This document shows, in pieces, positions 35,241 to 46,255 of a DNA stretch of 64,000 nt; the first letter of the stretch is position 1, and every line of letters begins with the position of its first letter. Where the stretch lies: contig JBJEED010000008.1 in assembly GCA_051872765.1 (NCBI GenBank), forward strand, positions 6,237-70,236, read 5' to 3'. Origin of the DNA: Bacilli bacterium. GTDB lineage: Bacteria > Bacillota_I > Bacilli_A > RF39 > UBA660. The position numbers and the translations under genes are program-made. Under the pieces are notes generated by a model, which was given only the letters and a program-made list of their open reading frames with translations, searched no databases and was not told the DNA's origin.

Positions 35241-36302
35241 TTATACTTTTACTAAATATTCTTTAACAATAACTTCAATTATTTTAATAAGATTTTTTTT
35301 AGTTTCTATATCAATTTTATTAATCTTCTTAATTATGTTAATTGTACTTTTTATATTTTTAATTTCATTAATATTATTAATACCTTTTTTTTCATATTCA
35401 GAAAAAATATTATTTATAATTAGTTCTTTAGTACTATAAGGAATTTTATCTAAACATTCTTCTAGCTTTATTTCTGTATTTTTTGATTTTTTACTTTGGG
35501 TTGATGGAATAAAGTGATCATTATCTATTAACCATGTGCTTGCAGAATGACATAAAATGTTTTTTTTGTAAGATTTTATTACATGGTATGAGTCATTTTT
35601 TAATAAAATACCTACAAGACTATTATCAGGTATTATATGGATATATTTATCTTTGATTTTTTTATATTTTTTAGATTCAAATTCTTCTTTTTTTAATCCA
35701 GGGCCATCATTTGAATATATTTTTTTAATTTTTTTATTAATATAGCATTTTGAATACATAGCGGATACTAAAGCAAGATTTCCACCTTTAGAATGTCCTG
35801 CGACTATAATATTTTTATCAAATATAGATACAACCTCATTAATATAATTAATCGCATATTTTTGAGCATCTACTGGAAATTTAAATGACATATATGCATC
35901 TTCTTTCCAACCACTTAATAATTCATCTGTACCTTCAAAACCAATAAATTTTAATTTTTTATCTATTTCAAACGTTAAAGCAGAAAATTGTGAATCTATG
36001 CTTGATATATAGCGATAATTTGAAAGCAATATATCTTTATATCTTTTACTATCAATTAATAGTTTTAATAATTTATATGCATCTTTTTGGGCTCTTCCTA
36101 GTTTAGATATTTCTTTTTGATTATGTGTATGAAGATAATCTAATCCAACACTTCTTAAATCTCTTTTAATTTTTTTATAATCTACTATACCAGTGAAATC
36201 AAGATACATAACAACTGATAAAATCAGATTATCGATTTCATTAAATTCTTTTTTATTAAAATCATAAATACCAAATTTTTTTACATAATCATATATATTC
36301 AT
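35241..36302 (-). CDS. DUF2974 (Mbeg1-like) alpha/beta-hydrolase family protein
   Basis: FEGTDELLSGWKEDAYMSF and the nucleophile elbow VAGHSKGGNLA. Confidence 0.7.
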   Translation of the reverse strand: MNIYDYVKKFGIYDFNKKEFNEIDNLILSVVMYLDFTGIVDYKKIKRDLRSVGLDYLHTHNQKEISKLGRAQKDAYKLLKLLIDSKRYKDILLSNYRYISSIDSQFSALTFEIDKKLKFIGFEGTDELLSGWKEDAYMSFKFPVDAQKYAINYINEVVSIFDKNIIVAGHSKGGNLALVSAMYSKCYINKKIKKIYSNDGPGLKKEEFESKKYKKIKDKYIHIIPDNSLVGILLKNDSYHVIKSYKKNILCHSASTWLIDNDHFIPSTQSKKSKNTEIKLEECLDKIPYSTKELIINNIFSEYEKKGINNINEIKNIKSTINIIKKINKIDIETKKNLIKIIEVIVKEYLVKV

Positions 36303-36306
36303 TTAA

Positions 36307-37020
36307 TCACTTTCTTTTTTTCTTTTCATATTTTTCTTTTGCTTGATCACTTATTTCTTTTATATTATTATTTATTTTTTTAATTTTAATAATGAAATTT
36401 GGATAAGCATCTTTAATACGTCTATAGAAGATTGAATTTTCATCCAACCATTTTACCATATATTGTTTTATAGCTTCTGTATTATCTTTATTTGTATCTT
36501 TTATTTCATTCTTTATTTTATTCATTATAGTATAAGAAAAAATATTATCTGCTAGGTAAATTATGAATAATATAATTGCTAATACTACTTGCATTTTTAA
36601 ACTAATTTTTTCGACAAGAGATATTATGAATGGATGCAATACATATATTACAAAAACACTTAATATTCCAAATGGAATCATTGTATCTAAACAAATTCTT
36701 CCGTTTAAGTTAAATCTACTTGTAGAATAATCCCACCATCTTGCTTTAAATATTTTTTCCATAAGATAACTTGTGATATATTCTAAAATAGAGCAGACAA
36801 AGATTGATTTTAAAAATACAGATAGTATGTCACCCTTATAAGATCCTATTAATAAAACAATTGATAAAACACCATAACCATATATTGGACATATTGGACC
36901 AATTAAAAAACCACGATTAATAAATCTTTTATCTTCAATTAATTTACAAATAACTTCCATTAACCATCCTAAAAAAGCGTAAATTATAAAATATAAGAAA
37001 TATTTTGCTATTGTTTCCAT
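36307..37020 (-). CDS. polytopic membrane protein, CmpB-like (putative ABC-transporter type IV family)
   Basis: FLYFIIYAFLGWLMEVICK...NRGFLIGPICPIYGYG is characteristic of this family. Confidence 0.65.
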   Translation of the reverse strand: METIAKYFLYFIIYAFLGWLMEVICKLIEDKRFINRGFLIGPICPIYGYGVLSIVLLIGSYKGDILSVFLKSIFVCSILEYITSYLMEKIFKARWWDYSTSRFNLNGRICLDTMIPFGILSVFVIYVLHPFIISLVEKISLKMQVVLAIILFIIYLADNIFSYTIMNKIKNEIKDTNKDNTEAIKQYMVKWLDENSIFYRRIKDAYPNFIIKIKKINNNIKEISDQAKEKYEKKKRK

Positions 37021-37061
37021 GAAACCTCCACTTATTTATATAGTATAAAGAAGAAAAGCTT

Positions 37062-38945
37062 TTACTTTTCTTCTGATAATATTTCACATATTAGGTTAGT
37101 TATTTCTGTTGGATTATCAATAGATAGTCCTTCAATTAGCCTTGCTTGAGCATATAATATACGTGAATATTTTTTTAATTCTTCTTTATCTTCTTTGTAT
37201 AATTTTTCAATCTTTTTTGCGATTGGATGATTTTCATTTATTTCTAATATTTTTTGAGCATTAATGTGTTCATCAGTAGGCATAGCATTAATTACTTTTT
37301 CCATCTCAATTGAAATATTTCCTTCGCTTGAAAGACATACTGGATGTTTTTTTAATTTATTTGTATATTTAATATCTTTAATATCTTTTATTTCATTTTT
37401 CATTAAATTAAACATATCTTTTGCTTCTTCATTATGTTTATTTAATTCTTCTTTTTCACTTTCAGTTGAAAGATCAGTTTCAGAAGATGCTACATTTACA
37501 AATTTTTTATTTTCATAAGAGTTAAGTGTTTGTAAAACAAATTCATCCATATAATCAATACAATATAGAACTTCAATATCTTTTTCTTTTATTTTCTCAA
37601 TTACTGGTAAATTATCTATTTTATCTATTGTTTCACCACAACAATAATAAATAGTTTCATTATCTTTATTATTATCAACATATTCTTTTAGAGTTATTAA
37701 TTTCTTTGTTTTTGATGATGTAAACATTAGTAAATCTTTTAATTTGTCTTTATTCATACCAAATTGGTCATAAACACCAAACTTAATATTAGAACCAAAT
37801 GCATTAAAGAATTTTTCGTATTTATCACGTTCTTCTTTTTGCATATTACTTAATTCTTTAGTTATTTTTGTTTCAATTGATTTAGTAATTGTCTTTAGAG
37901 ATTTATCTTGTTGTAATATTTCACGAGATATATTTAATGATAAATCAGGAGAATCAACTACACCTTTTACAAAACTATAATAATCTGGTAGTAAATCAGA
38001 ACATTTTTCCATTATTAATACGCCATTTGAGTATAATTGTAAACCTTTTTCATAATTTTTCGTATAAAAATCATAGGCTGGATGAGATGGAATAAATAAT
38101 AATGAATTATAACTTACTATCCCCTCAGCACTTGTATGAATAACTTTTAATGGTTCTTCATAGTCAAAGAATTTATCAGAATAAAATGTATTATAATCAG
38201 CTTCTTTTATTTTTGATTTATTTCTCTTCCATATAGGTTTCATATCATTCAATATTTCTTTTTCACTTACTTCAACATATTCATCTTTACTACCTTCTTT
38301 TAATTTACTATGAGGCATATCCATTTCAATAGGGTAAGTAATGTAATTTGAATATTTTTTAACAAGAGAAGATATTTTATGCTCATGTAATAATTCATCA
38401 AAATCATAGTCTTCTGTATTTTTTCTAATTGTTAATATGATATCTGTACCATTTGATTCTTTTGTTGCATTAGAAATTGTATATCCATCTGTTCCACTAG
38501 ATTCCCATTTGTGAGCAGTATCCTCTTGATAAGATTTACTAATTACTTCAATTTTGTCACTAACCATGAAAGCAGAATAAAATCCTACTCCGAATTGACC
38601 TATTATGTCTATATCTTTCTTATGTTCATTTTCTTCTTTAAAAACATCTGAATCTGATTTAGCAATAGTACCCAAATTATTTTCAAGTTCTTCTTGAGTC
38701 ATACCAATACCATTATCACTTATAGTTAATGTACGATTATCTTTGTCAATTTTAATACTTATTTTAAAATCATTTTTATTGATTTTAATACTATCATCTG
38801 TAAGTGATTTATAGTATAGTTTATCAATCGCATCACTAGCGTTAGATATTAATTCTCTTAAAAATATTTCTTTATTTGTATATATTGAATTAATCATTAA
38901 ATCCATTAGTTTTTTAGATTCAGTTTTAAATTGTTTTTTTGCCAT
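37062..38945 (-). CDS. htpG: molecular chaperone HtpG (Hsp90)
   Basis: FKTESKKLMDLMINSIYTNKEIFLRELISNASDAIDKL, DNGIGMT, IGQFGVGFYSAFMV. The start is set at MAKKQF (38945), 8 nt after SD ggagag. The track ORF extends further upstream. Confidence 0.95.
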   Translation of the reverse strand: MAKKQFKTESKKLMDLMINSIYTNKEIFLRELISNASDAIDKLYYKSLTDDSIKINKNDFKISIKIDKDNRTLTISDNGIGMTQEELENNLGTIAKSDSDVFKEENEHKKDIDIIGQFGVGFYSAFMVSDKIEVISKSYQEDTAHKWESSGTDGYTISNATKESNGTDIILTIRKNTEDYDFDELLHEHKISSLVKKYSNYITYPIEMDMPHSKLKEGSKDEYVEVSEKEILNDMKPIWKRNKSKIKEADYNTFYSDKFFDYEEPLKVIHTSAEGIVSYNSLLFIPSHPAYDFYTKNYEKGLQLYSNGVLIMEKCSDLLPDYYSFVKGVVDSPDLSLNISREILQQDKSLKTITKSIETKITKELSNMQKEERDKYEKFFNAFGSNIKFGVYDQFGMNKDKLKDLLMFTSSKTKKLITLKEYVDNNKDNETIYYCCGETIDKIDNLPVIEKIKEKDIEVLYCIDYMDEFVLQTLNSYENKKFVNVASSETDLSTESEKEELNKHNEEAKDMFNLMKNEIKDIKDIKYTNKLKKHPVCLSSEGNISIEMEKVINAMPTDEHINAQKILEINENHPIAKKIEKLYKEDKEELKKYSRILYAQARLIEGLSIDNPTEITNLICEILSEEK

Positions 38946-39097
38946 TTTCATCTCTCCTTTGTTTACATTATATGTTATATCACTAAAAATTAGCACTGTC
39001 AATACTAAAGTGCTAATTTTTAAAAAATAAATAATTGCTTTTTTTCTTATTTTGTAGTAGAGTAATTGATAATTCATTTGAAAGGGGAGATAATATT

Positions 39098-39601
39098 ATG
39101 TTAGATTATGATGAGGAAATTTTATTAGAACAATATATAACATATAACAATATGAGTAAGACTACTAGAGATATGTGCATGCATTTAATTTCTAATATTA
39201 AAGAAGTAACTGATAGTGAAGTTGTTATTAGTGGTAATAATCAAAGAAGTTATAGTATTGTATCAATGAATTTTAATAGCGATGGTTATGTAATTAAGTT
39301 TAATGGTTTTTTAACAAATGAAGATGAAAATAGATTTATTGATGGAACTATAGTTAGAAAAGCAAATAATTACTATGTTAATACCAATATATATAGATTA
39401 GATGAATTTTTAGATGATGAAGATAGAGATTATTCTACACATGAAGTGTTTACTATTAAAGATGATAAAATATTGAGAAAAACATTATATAAGCCAGCTA
39501 TTGGTTACTTTGAAGAGGAGTTACCTTTATTTGATGATATTCAATTATATAATTATTATTATCAAAAAATAGGTAAAAATGATAAGAAAATAACATTATA
39601 A
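39098..39601 (+). CDS. hypothetical protein (167 aa)
   Basis: ATG 39098 follows SD aggggag. No motif recognised. Confidence 0.45.
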   Translation: MLDYDEEILLEQYITYNNMSKTTRDMCMHLISNIKEVTDSEVVISGNNQRSYSIVSMNFNSDGYVIKFNGFLTNEDENRFIDGTIVRKANNYYVNTNIYRLDEFLDDEDRDYSTHEVFTIKDDKILRKTLYKPAIGYFEEELPLFDDIQLYNYYYQKIGKNDKKITL

Positions 39602-39616
39602 AAACTAAGATTAATC

Positions 39617-40714
39617 TTAGTTTTTATGTGATTTTTTAACTTTTAAAATAAATAGAGTTAAAAATATAATTATTATTAATATCCCGGCAATTACTGATGG
39701 GAAAGAAATATAATCAAATGATTCTAAATAATTATTATTTTTATAAAATATGGTAGGTATTAAGAACAATATTAGTATTACGATATAGTTTAATATTTTA
39801 TTTGTTTTATATTTAAAATTAAATGTTTTTTTAATACAATTAAATATAAATAACAATGCAACACTTGCTGCATTAATTCCGCTTAATAGCCAAAATATTA
39901 TAAATACATTTTCTACAGAGTCAATAAATGTTGATATCTGTATCTTATTTAATACTGTATATATTGGATAATCAAATATATTAGCAAGTTTAACTCCATA
40001 GACACCAAGTGTTAAAAGTATTGCAAAAAATACTATTAAAAATGTAAATAAGTGCATTATAAAAAAGTATTTATTGAATTTATTTTTATCTACTAAATCA
40101 TCTTTTTTAACAATATTTATAAAAAATATTGGAGCAGAAAAGTATAATGAAAAAACTAAAGAAGACTTTAATATATTAGTTTTACTTGTTGTGATAATAG
40201 GTAAATAGTTTTCAAAATTAATTTCATTCCATAATCCATATACTACAAGTAAGTAAATGCACAAACAAATATATATACATATAGTAGTTACTCTAGTAGT
40301 TGTTTCTTCTCCTTTGCTAGCCATATTATAAGTTATAAATAATACAAGTAAATAAATATAAGTTTTATTTGTCCTAACTAAATATTGACCTGATAAAAAA
40401 GAGGTAAGTCTATAGGTAATAAAGATATATAAAAGAATTGAACAAATAATGATAATTATATTAAAAATAATAGATATTTTTCCATAAGCAAATTTTACTT
40501 TTTCTGGTAAAGTTTCATCTGTTCTAAGTGAAAATAATTTAACAATAGCAAAAGAAATAATTAAACTAATTATATATCCAATTATCATAGCTATAAAAGT
40601 ATCTGTCTTAGCTGTATCTAAAATATATGAACTAAATATTCCATAAAATGTTGAACATCCAAGAGGAAAAACTACACTACATAAAGCTAAACTATTAATT
40701 TTATCTTTTTTCAT
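39617..40714 (-). CDS. spore germination receptor B subunit (GerAB/GerKB-type permease)
   Basis: About 10 TM segments over 365 aa. It is the last gene of the A-C-B operon and overlaps the C-subunit gene. Confidence 0.75.
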   Translation of the reverse strand: MKKDKINSLALCSVVFPLGCSTFYGIFSSYILDTAKTDTFIAMIIGYIISLIISFAIVKLFSLRTDETLPEKVKFAYGKISIIFNIIIIICSILLYIFITYRLTSFLSGQYLVRTNKTYIYLLVLFITYNMASKGEETTTRVTTICIYICLCIYLLVVYGLWNEINFENYLPIITTSKTNILKSSLVFSLYFSAPIFFINIVKKDDLVDKNKFNKYFFIMHLFTFLIVFFAILLTLGVYGVKLANIFDYPIYTVLNKIQISTFIDSVENVFIIFWLLSGINAASVALLFIFNCIKKTFNFKYKTNKILNYIVILILFLIPTIFYKNNNYLESFDYISFPSVIAGILIIIIFLTLFILKVKKSHKN

Positions 40715-41775
40715 CGTCTTTTTTCTCCAATCGAATTAATTGCTACATTGATATCAATATTAGTTTTAATATTATTTAAATCTAAATTATCTTTTATTTT
40801 GTTATAATATTTATTATCATGTTTATAAATATAGTTGATAATACCTAAAAAGTCATAATTATTGGTTTTTGAAATATTAATCACATCATTTAAACTTGCT
40901 ATTAATTCTTTCTCTGTAAGTTTATTTAATTTTTTTATTGTGTTTTTATCATTTAAATCATAATTACATTTATAATTATTTACATCTGCAACTAATTTAA
41001 TATTAAAATTCATAGTATTATCTTTCCAATTTTTTTTCGTTTTAATACTATCTATATTTATTGAAAAAGAACCTCCGTCACATTCTAAGTCAATAACTGA
41101 CTGACCAACATTGTTAGTTAGAATATTATAATTTATTGATTGATTTTCATTCAATGTTATTTCTTTATTATCTTTAAAGAAAATTAAATCATCTAAATTA
41201 ATATTTTTTTCACCATTTTCATCTTCTTTAATTGTAATATTTGGGAATAAAGGATCTAAACCTTTTTCTAAATTTTTATAGACTAAATCTATAAAAGAAA
41301 GAGACATTGATGATGACATTAATTTTTTATTATATATAGCTAACTGTTCAATATATAATGATACTCCACTTGAATTTGTATTAACTTTAAATAGATCTTT
41401 TACATATTTTTGATCTGTTACAAATACATCATAATTCATTTTTGATTTAGAGTTTCTAAGAAAATAATCATAAAAATCTACATTGTTTTTTAATACATCT
41501 TTTGTTAAAATTAATACCTTTAAATGATATATTAATATATTTTTATTTAGTTCATTTGATATATCTGATAAACATTTATCTATCATTTTACATTTTGTTG
41601 TTATAACTTTTATAGATGATTTTTCATCATTTAATATAAGTTCTGATGTTATTTCAAAAGATTCATCTTTATAATCAATTATCATTCCTGGTATTACTAC
41701 TAAATCATTTATTTCAACATAATCAGAGCAGCCACTACAAAGTAATAAACATAATATTAACAATATTTTTTTCAT
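40711..41775 (-). CDS. spore germination receptor C subunit (Ger(x)C lipoprotein)
   Basis: Lipobox LLCSGC, followed by SDYVEINDLVVIPGMIIDY, typical of Ger(x)C. Confidence 0.8.
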   Translation of the reverse strand: MKKILLILCLLLCSGCSDYVEINDLVVIPGMIIDYKDESFEITSELILNDEKSSIKVITTKCKMIDKCLSDISNELNKNILIYHLKVLILTKDVLKNNVDFYDYFLRNSKSKMNYDVFVTDQKYVKDLFKVNTNSSGVSLYIEQLAIYNKKLMSSSMSLSFIDLVYKNLEKGLDPLFPNITIKEDENGEKNINLDDLIFFKDNKEITLNENQSINYNILTNNVGQSVIDLECDGGSFSINIDSIKTKKNWKDNTMNFNIKLVADVNNYKCNYDLNDKNTIKKLNKLTEKELIASLNDVINISKTNNYDFLGIINYIYKHDNKYYNKIKDNLDLNNIKTNIDINVAINSIGEKRR

Positions 41776-43157
41776 AAATCACCTTTATTAGTATTTTGAG
41801 TTAATAGTCCTTTCTTTATTAATTGTTTTTTACTTTCACCAAGTATTGGCGCTATGGGAAGTAAAAATGGTTTACCAAATGATTTAATACTACATAAATC
41901 AGTAAGTAAGAACATAAAACCAAATAATATACCAACTATACCAAAAAATGAAGCAAGAATCATAAGACTATAGCGATATGCTCTTATAAAAGATTGAAAG
42001 TTTTGATATATAAAGAATATAGAACTAATTGCAGTAATAGCGACAATTATAACCATAATAGGAGATATTATTCCAGCACCAACAGCGGCATCACCAAGTA
42101 CTAAAGCACCTAGAATAGAAAGTGAAGTACCTCTAGATGTTGGTGTTAATGCATCTGCTTCATAAAGTATTTCAAATGTTAACATTAAAAGTAAAGCTTC
42201 TATTATTACTGGAAAAGGAACACCATTTCTTTGTATTGAAAACTTTATTAACAAATCTATTGGTAACATTTGCTGATCATAAGTTATTAAAGATAAGTAA
42301 AGTGCTGGTGTAAATATTGTTATAAAAAGTACAATTATTCTTAATATCTTAACAAAATAAACATACACTTTTTTATGATAATTATCCTCATCATTATAGA
42401 AAAAATCAATAAAGAAAGTTGGTATAATTAAAACACTATTTGAGTTTTCAGTTACAACACATATTTTTCCTTCACTAAGAGCTTTAGCAATTATATCTGG
42501 TTTTTCAGTCATCTTAGCGGTTGGAAATAATGATTTATTTTCTTTTTTAATAAGTTCTTTTATATAATAAGTATCTAATATTTTATCTGTTTTAATATTT
42601 TTTATACTTGTAAGAGTATAATTTAATAATTCACTATCAACTAAATTATTCATATACATAACACATATTTTTGTCTTGGTTTTTTCTCCCAAAATAAGCT
42701 CATTAAAATATAAGTTTTCATCTTTAAGTCTTTTTCGAATTAATCCTAAATTAGTATTATAGTTTTCATTAAACGAATCTTTAGGTCCTCTGATAGTTGG
42801 TTCACTTGATGGTTCACTAACGGCTCTATCAAGCTCTGCTTTTGTTTCAAAAACAATTATTTCATTTTTATATATAACTGCACTAAATCCACTAAATAAG
42901 TAAAAAAACAAATCTTTCTTTTTTATCTCAATAAAACTAACAGAAGGTATATAATTCATAATATCTTTTTTTAAAGATGAAAATTCACTTTTAATTAAAC
43001 TTCTTTTAGCTAAGTAATCTAGTATATATTGATTAGTTAATGTTGATGATGATACTGTTTGAATATTAACAATATATAATTTATTTAAACCAAAAGACAT
43101 CTCCTTAATCTGGAGATCTGGCATATGCTCTTTAGTTTTATATAATTCATCTATCAT
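41772..43157 (-). CDS. spore germination receptor A subunit (GerA family)
   Basis: IRGPKDSFNENYNTNLGLIRKRL and a C-terminal 4-5 TM bundle (PFPVIIEALLLMLTFEILYEA, GDAAVGAGIISP). The exact start is uncertain. Confidence 0.85.
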   Translation of the reverse strand: MIDELYKTKEHMPDLQIKEMSFGLNKLYIVNIQTVSSSTLTNQYILDYLAKRSLIKSEFSSLKKDIMNYIPSVSFIEIKKKDLFFYLFSGFSAVIYKNEIIVFETKAELDRAVSEPSSEPTIRGPKDSFNENYNTNLGLIRKRLKDENLYFNELILGEKTKTKICVMYMNNLVDSELLNYTLTSIKNIKTDKILDTYYIKELIKKENKSLFPTAKMTEKPDIIAKALSEGKICVVTENSNSVLIIPTFFIDFFYNDEDNYHKKVYVYFVKILRIIVLFITIFTPALYLSLITYDQQMLPIDLLIKFSIQRNGVPFPVIIEALLLMLTFEILYEADALTPTSRGTSLSILGALVLGDAAVGAGIISPIMVIIVAITAISSIFFIYQNFQSFIRAYRYSLMILASFFGIVGILFGFMFLLTDLCSIKSFGKPFLLPIAPILGESKKQLIKKGLLTQNTNKGDL

Positions 43158-43258
43158 GTTATTAGTATGTATTTATATTTAAAAGATATTCTTGACTAAT
43201 ATAATATTTTACATATTATATTAAAAGTTTTATGCTTATTTAATTAATATTATTTGTG

Positions 43259-43285
43259 ACTATAGTCTATTATTTGCATATTCTA
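43259..43285 (+). promoter_or_regulatory. candidate mother-cell (sigma-K/sigma-E-like) promoter of cotE
   Basis: AC (43259-43260), 16-nt spacer, CATAttcTA (43277-43285). This fits the AC-N16/17-CATAnnnTA form and lies about 15 nt upstream of the cotE SD. Confidence 0.35.
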
Positions 43286-43300
43286 TATTAGGAGGATAAT

Positions 43301-43843
43301 ATGTTTAATAATTATAAAGAAATAGTGACTAAAGCAATAATAGGAAAAGGTAAAAAGACATTTAAAAATGACTATGAAATAACTACAGAAAAAGAAGTTG
43401 ATACTGTTCTTGGTTGTTGGGTAATAAATCATAATTTAAAAGGCGTTAAGGAAGATGATTATATTAAAATAAATGGTAGTTATGATATAAATATTTGGTA
43501 TAGTTATGATAATAATACTAAAACAGATGTTGTTTCTAATAAAATGTTTTATGAAGAGAAGGTAAGAGTTAAATTGAAAGAAAACGCTAGTGAAAGTGAA
43601 GATACTGAAGTTATTATTAGAAGTCTTAAAAATCCAACATGTATAGATGTAAGTAATGAAGATAAAACAATTAAATATACTATATCTAAAGAACTTGGTA
43701 TTGAAATAGTAGGAAATGCTAAAATTAAAATAGCAGTATCTAATGCTGATGAAGATTATGATATAATTGTAGATGAAGATGCTGTTAATAAAGAGATAGA
43801 TAAGCAAGTTAATGTTAATTATTTAGATGATAAAGAAAAGTAA
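43301..43843 (+). CDS. cotE: spore coat morphogenetic protein CotE
   Basis: YKEIVTKAIIGKGKK..., VLGCWVINHNLKG, INGSYDINIWYSYDNNTKTDVV and an acidic C-terminus are collinear with B. subtilis CotE. Length is 180 aa. Confidence 0.85.
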   Translation: MFNNYKEIVTKAIIGKGKKTFKNDYEITTEKEVDTVLGCWVINHNLKGVKEDDYIKINGSYDINIWYSYDNNTKTDVVSNKMFYEEKVRVKLKENASESEDTEVIIRSLKNPTCIDVSNEDKTIKYTISKELGIEIVGNAKIKIAVSNADEDYDIIVDEDAVNKEIDKQVNVNYLDDKEK

Positions 43844-43864
43844 TCAATTTTTGATTATTTTTAT
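43841..43864 (+). terminator. probable terminator after cotE
   Basis: taatcaa (43841-43847) pairs with ttgatta (43851-43857), followed by a T-run. Confidence 0.5.
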
Positions 43865-43972
43865 TTAATAATATAATTCACTTAAATAAAAATAAATATT
43901 TTTGAAAATACTTATATTAAGTTAATTATTTATTATTTTTTATGATATAATTTATGCTAGGAGAATGATTGT

Positions 43973-46255
43973 ATGAATGATAGACTAAATGCTTTTAAAA
44001 TAAAATTTTATGAATATTGTGTTACTTATTATAATATGTGTTTAAGTACAAAAGATAGTACTTATTTACAATATTATAAAGAATTATTAAGAATATATAA
44101 TGAAATAAATGAATCTATCGTAACATATAGTCAACTAAAAAAATATATTAGTGATTTAGAGAAAAAGAGAAATATGAATTTAATAACATCATTTGATATA
44201 GTAAATGATGTTATTAAAATATTTGATTCTATAAATATTAATCATCAACAATGTATTATTATAAAGAATTTAATATTCGATTTAGCTAATAATTATTATC
44301 GTATATGTATAAAAAGTAAAAATAAAAAAGATATTAATAATTATAAATTTATTAAGAGTATATATAATCATATAAAAGAATTAAATGATGAAGAGTTTAT
44401 TGAATATTTTAAATATTTAAAGGAAAAAAAGTTTTATAATATAGATGAAAAAAATATTATTTTAGAAATATTAAAAATATATGATAGTGTTTTAAATAAT
44501 AATATAAAAGAAAATAATAAAATAAATCATACTTCAAAAAATTCTAATATATACAATAAGAATTTAGCAGATAAAATAACAATATTATCCAAAACAAATG
44601 TGAAATCTCGTCTGTCAGAGTATTTAAATAATAGAACTAAGGTTTTATCTTCTTTTAAATATTCTATGAATTATGCTAGTTATTATGTTTGTTATATTAT
44701 TGATCATTATACGGTAAAAAGTATGTTAGAGGGGAATACATTAGATGAGATACAAAAAACTTATTTAAAAGAAATAAATAGACAGATGTTAAAAGATCCT
44801 TATTTATTCTTTAGTTTACCTTTAAGTAACTTATCAAAGGAAAAACTATTATTATTTAAAAGATATATGCCGGATATTGATATTATATTATCTAATTGTA
44901 AAAAACTATTAAATGAAGCAAAAACAATAAATGAAAAAATTAGTTTATCATTTCATGTAAGTGATAATGAATTAGATAAATTATTTAAATTTTTAACTTA
45001 TTACATTTCTTATAACAGAATAAAAGATGAATTTAATTATGAAATATTGATAAATTATTTATTTAAAAAGAATTATTTAAATTATTATGAGATATCTTTC
45101 TTAATTAAATATTTTGGATATAAAAAGTGTGTTGAAGAGAATCTTACTGATGTTGATATTAATGTTGCATGTTGTGATGAAAAGAAAGGACAGAGTGTTC
45201 TAGGAAGTTATATTGGTGGGCTAGTAATTGTTAATAAAGATCATGCAATTGGAACAACATTTGTTAATAATACTTTAAATAACTCATCAACACCACTATT
45301 AATCAAAAACAAAAAAGTAATATATGAAGGTTCAACAATACTTGGAACTTTATATCATGAACTTACTCATGCTTTACAAGAAAGAGATTATATAAATCAT
45401 AGTAATACATTTAGAGAATATATTTGGTCTATAAAAAACATAGCAGTTGAATCTGATCCAAAATATTTTACTAGAAATTATAGATTTTCTGAGTGTGAGG
45501 CTGATGCTGATCAAAATATGTTTTTAGAGTTTAAAAAAGTAGCAGAAACTTATTTGAAATCTCAAAATTTATCAACAAGAGCAGAAAGTCATAGAAAAAA
45601 ATTTGAAAATAGGTTATTATTTAGTCCAAAAGCAGATTCATATGGGTTTAAACAAATTACAGGTAAATATGAAAAAGAAATTGCTGATAATTTTTTTAGA
45701 AAGAATCCAAAAGAGTTAGAAAAATATCCAATATTTAAGCAGTTTTATGACAATAGAGGAATACCTTTTAGTTTAGTAACAATGTTATCAAATACATTAT
45801 TTAATGATGAAGGATATTATTATAACCAGTTAGTTGGGAAAATATATCAAAAAGAGAATATTAGCAAAGAAGATTTCTTGAGTAAAAATATGAATCAAAG
45901 ATTGACAATTATAAAAAACATAAATACTATATTAAGATATATTAATAAAAGGCTTAAGAAAGCAAGTAGATTGTTAGAAAGTAAAGAAAATGAACTTATT
46001 TCGTTTCAAACGCAAGGAGTTGATGAAACAATACTAATTAACAATAATATATTAATTGATTTAAAAATAGGTAATATTCTTATTAATTGGCATAATAATA
46101 TGCTTAAAGTTGACCCAAGTATTAATGATAAAATTAGTTCTATAGACAGTAGTATAAATATTGATTTTAATTATGAAACTAATATTTTTAGAATTTACGA
46201 AGAAAGAATTAAAAAATTAATAGGAGAAGATATTGAGAAAGGAATAAAATTATGA
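43973..46255 (+). CDS. 760-aa HExxH (gluzincin-like) protein of unknown function, paralog A
   Basis: LGTLYHELTHALQE (HELTH at 45356-45370), with SECEADAD about 45 aa downstream. No signal peptide. The long N-terminal region is predicted helical. It is clearly paralogous to 46438-48630. An extended -10 tgatataat lies at 43943-43951. Confidence 0.7.
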   Translation: MNDRLNAFKIKFYEYCVTYYNMCLSTKDSTYLQYYKELLRIYNEINESIVTYSQLKKYISDLEKKRNMNLITSFDIVNDVIKIFDSININHQQCIIIKNLIFDLANNYYRICIKSKNKKDINNYKFIKSIYNHIKELNDEEFIEYFKYLKEKKFYNIDEKNIILEILKIYDSVLNNNIKENNKINHTSKNSNIYNKNLADKITILSKTNVKSRLSEYLNNRTKVLSSFKYSMNYASYYVCYIIDHYTVKSMLEGNTLDEIQKTYLKEINRQMLKDPYLFFSLPLSNLSKEKLLLFKRYMPDIDIILSNCKKLLNEAKTINEKISLSFHVSDNELDKLFKFLTYYISYNRIKDEFNYEILINYLFKKNYLNYYEISFLIKYFGYKKCVEENLTDVDINVACCDEKKGQSVLGSYIGGLVIVNKDHAIGTTFVNNTLNNSSTPLLIKNKKVIYEGSTILGTLYHELTHALQERDYINHSNTFREYIWSIKNIAVESDPKYFTRNYRFSECEADADQNMFLEFKKVAETYLKSQNLSTRAESHRKKFENRLLFSPKADSYGFKQITGKYEKEIADNFFRKNPKELEKYPIFKQFYDNRGIPFSLVTMLSNTLFNDEGYYYNQLVGKIYQKENISKEDFLSKNMNQRLTIIKNINTILRYINKRLKKASRLLESKENELISFQTQGVDETILINNNILIDLKIGNILINWHNNMLKVDPSINDKISSIDSSINIDFNYETNIFRIYEERIKKLIGEDIEKGIKL

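Noticed and set aside
43162-43190. Minus-strand sigma-G-like promoter GAATA-N17-CATACTA upstream of the gerA-family gene
   Set aside because: The sequence match is good, but the -10 ends only 4 nt before the annotated ATG (43155-43157). That leaves no 5' UTR or SD. It would require a downstream start codon that has only weak translation signals. It is not reported as a feature.
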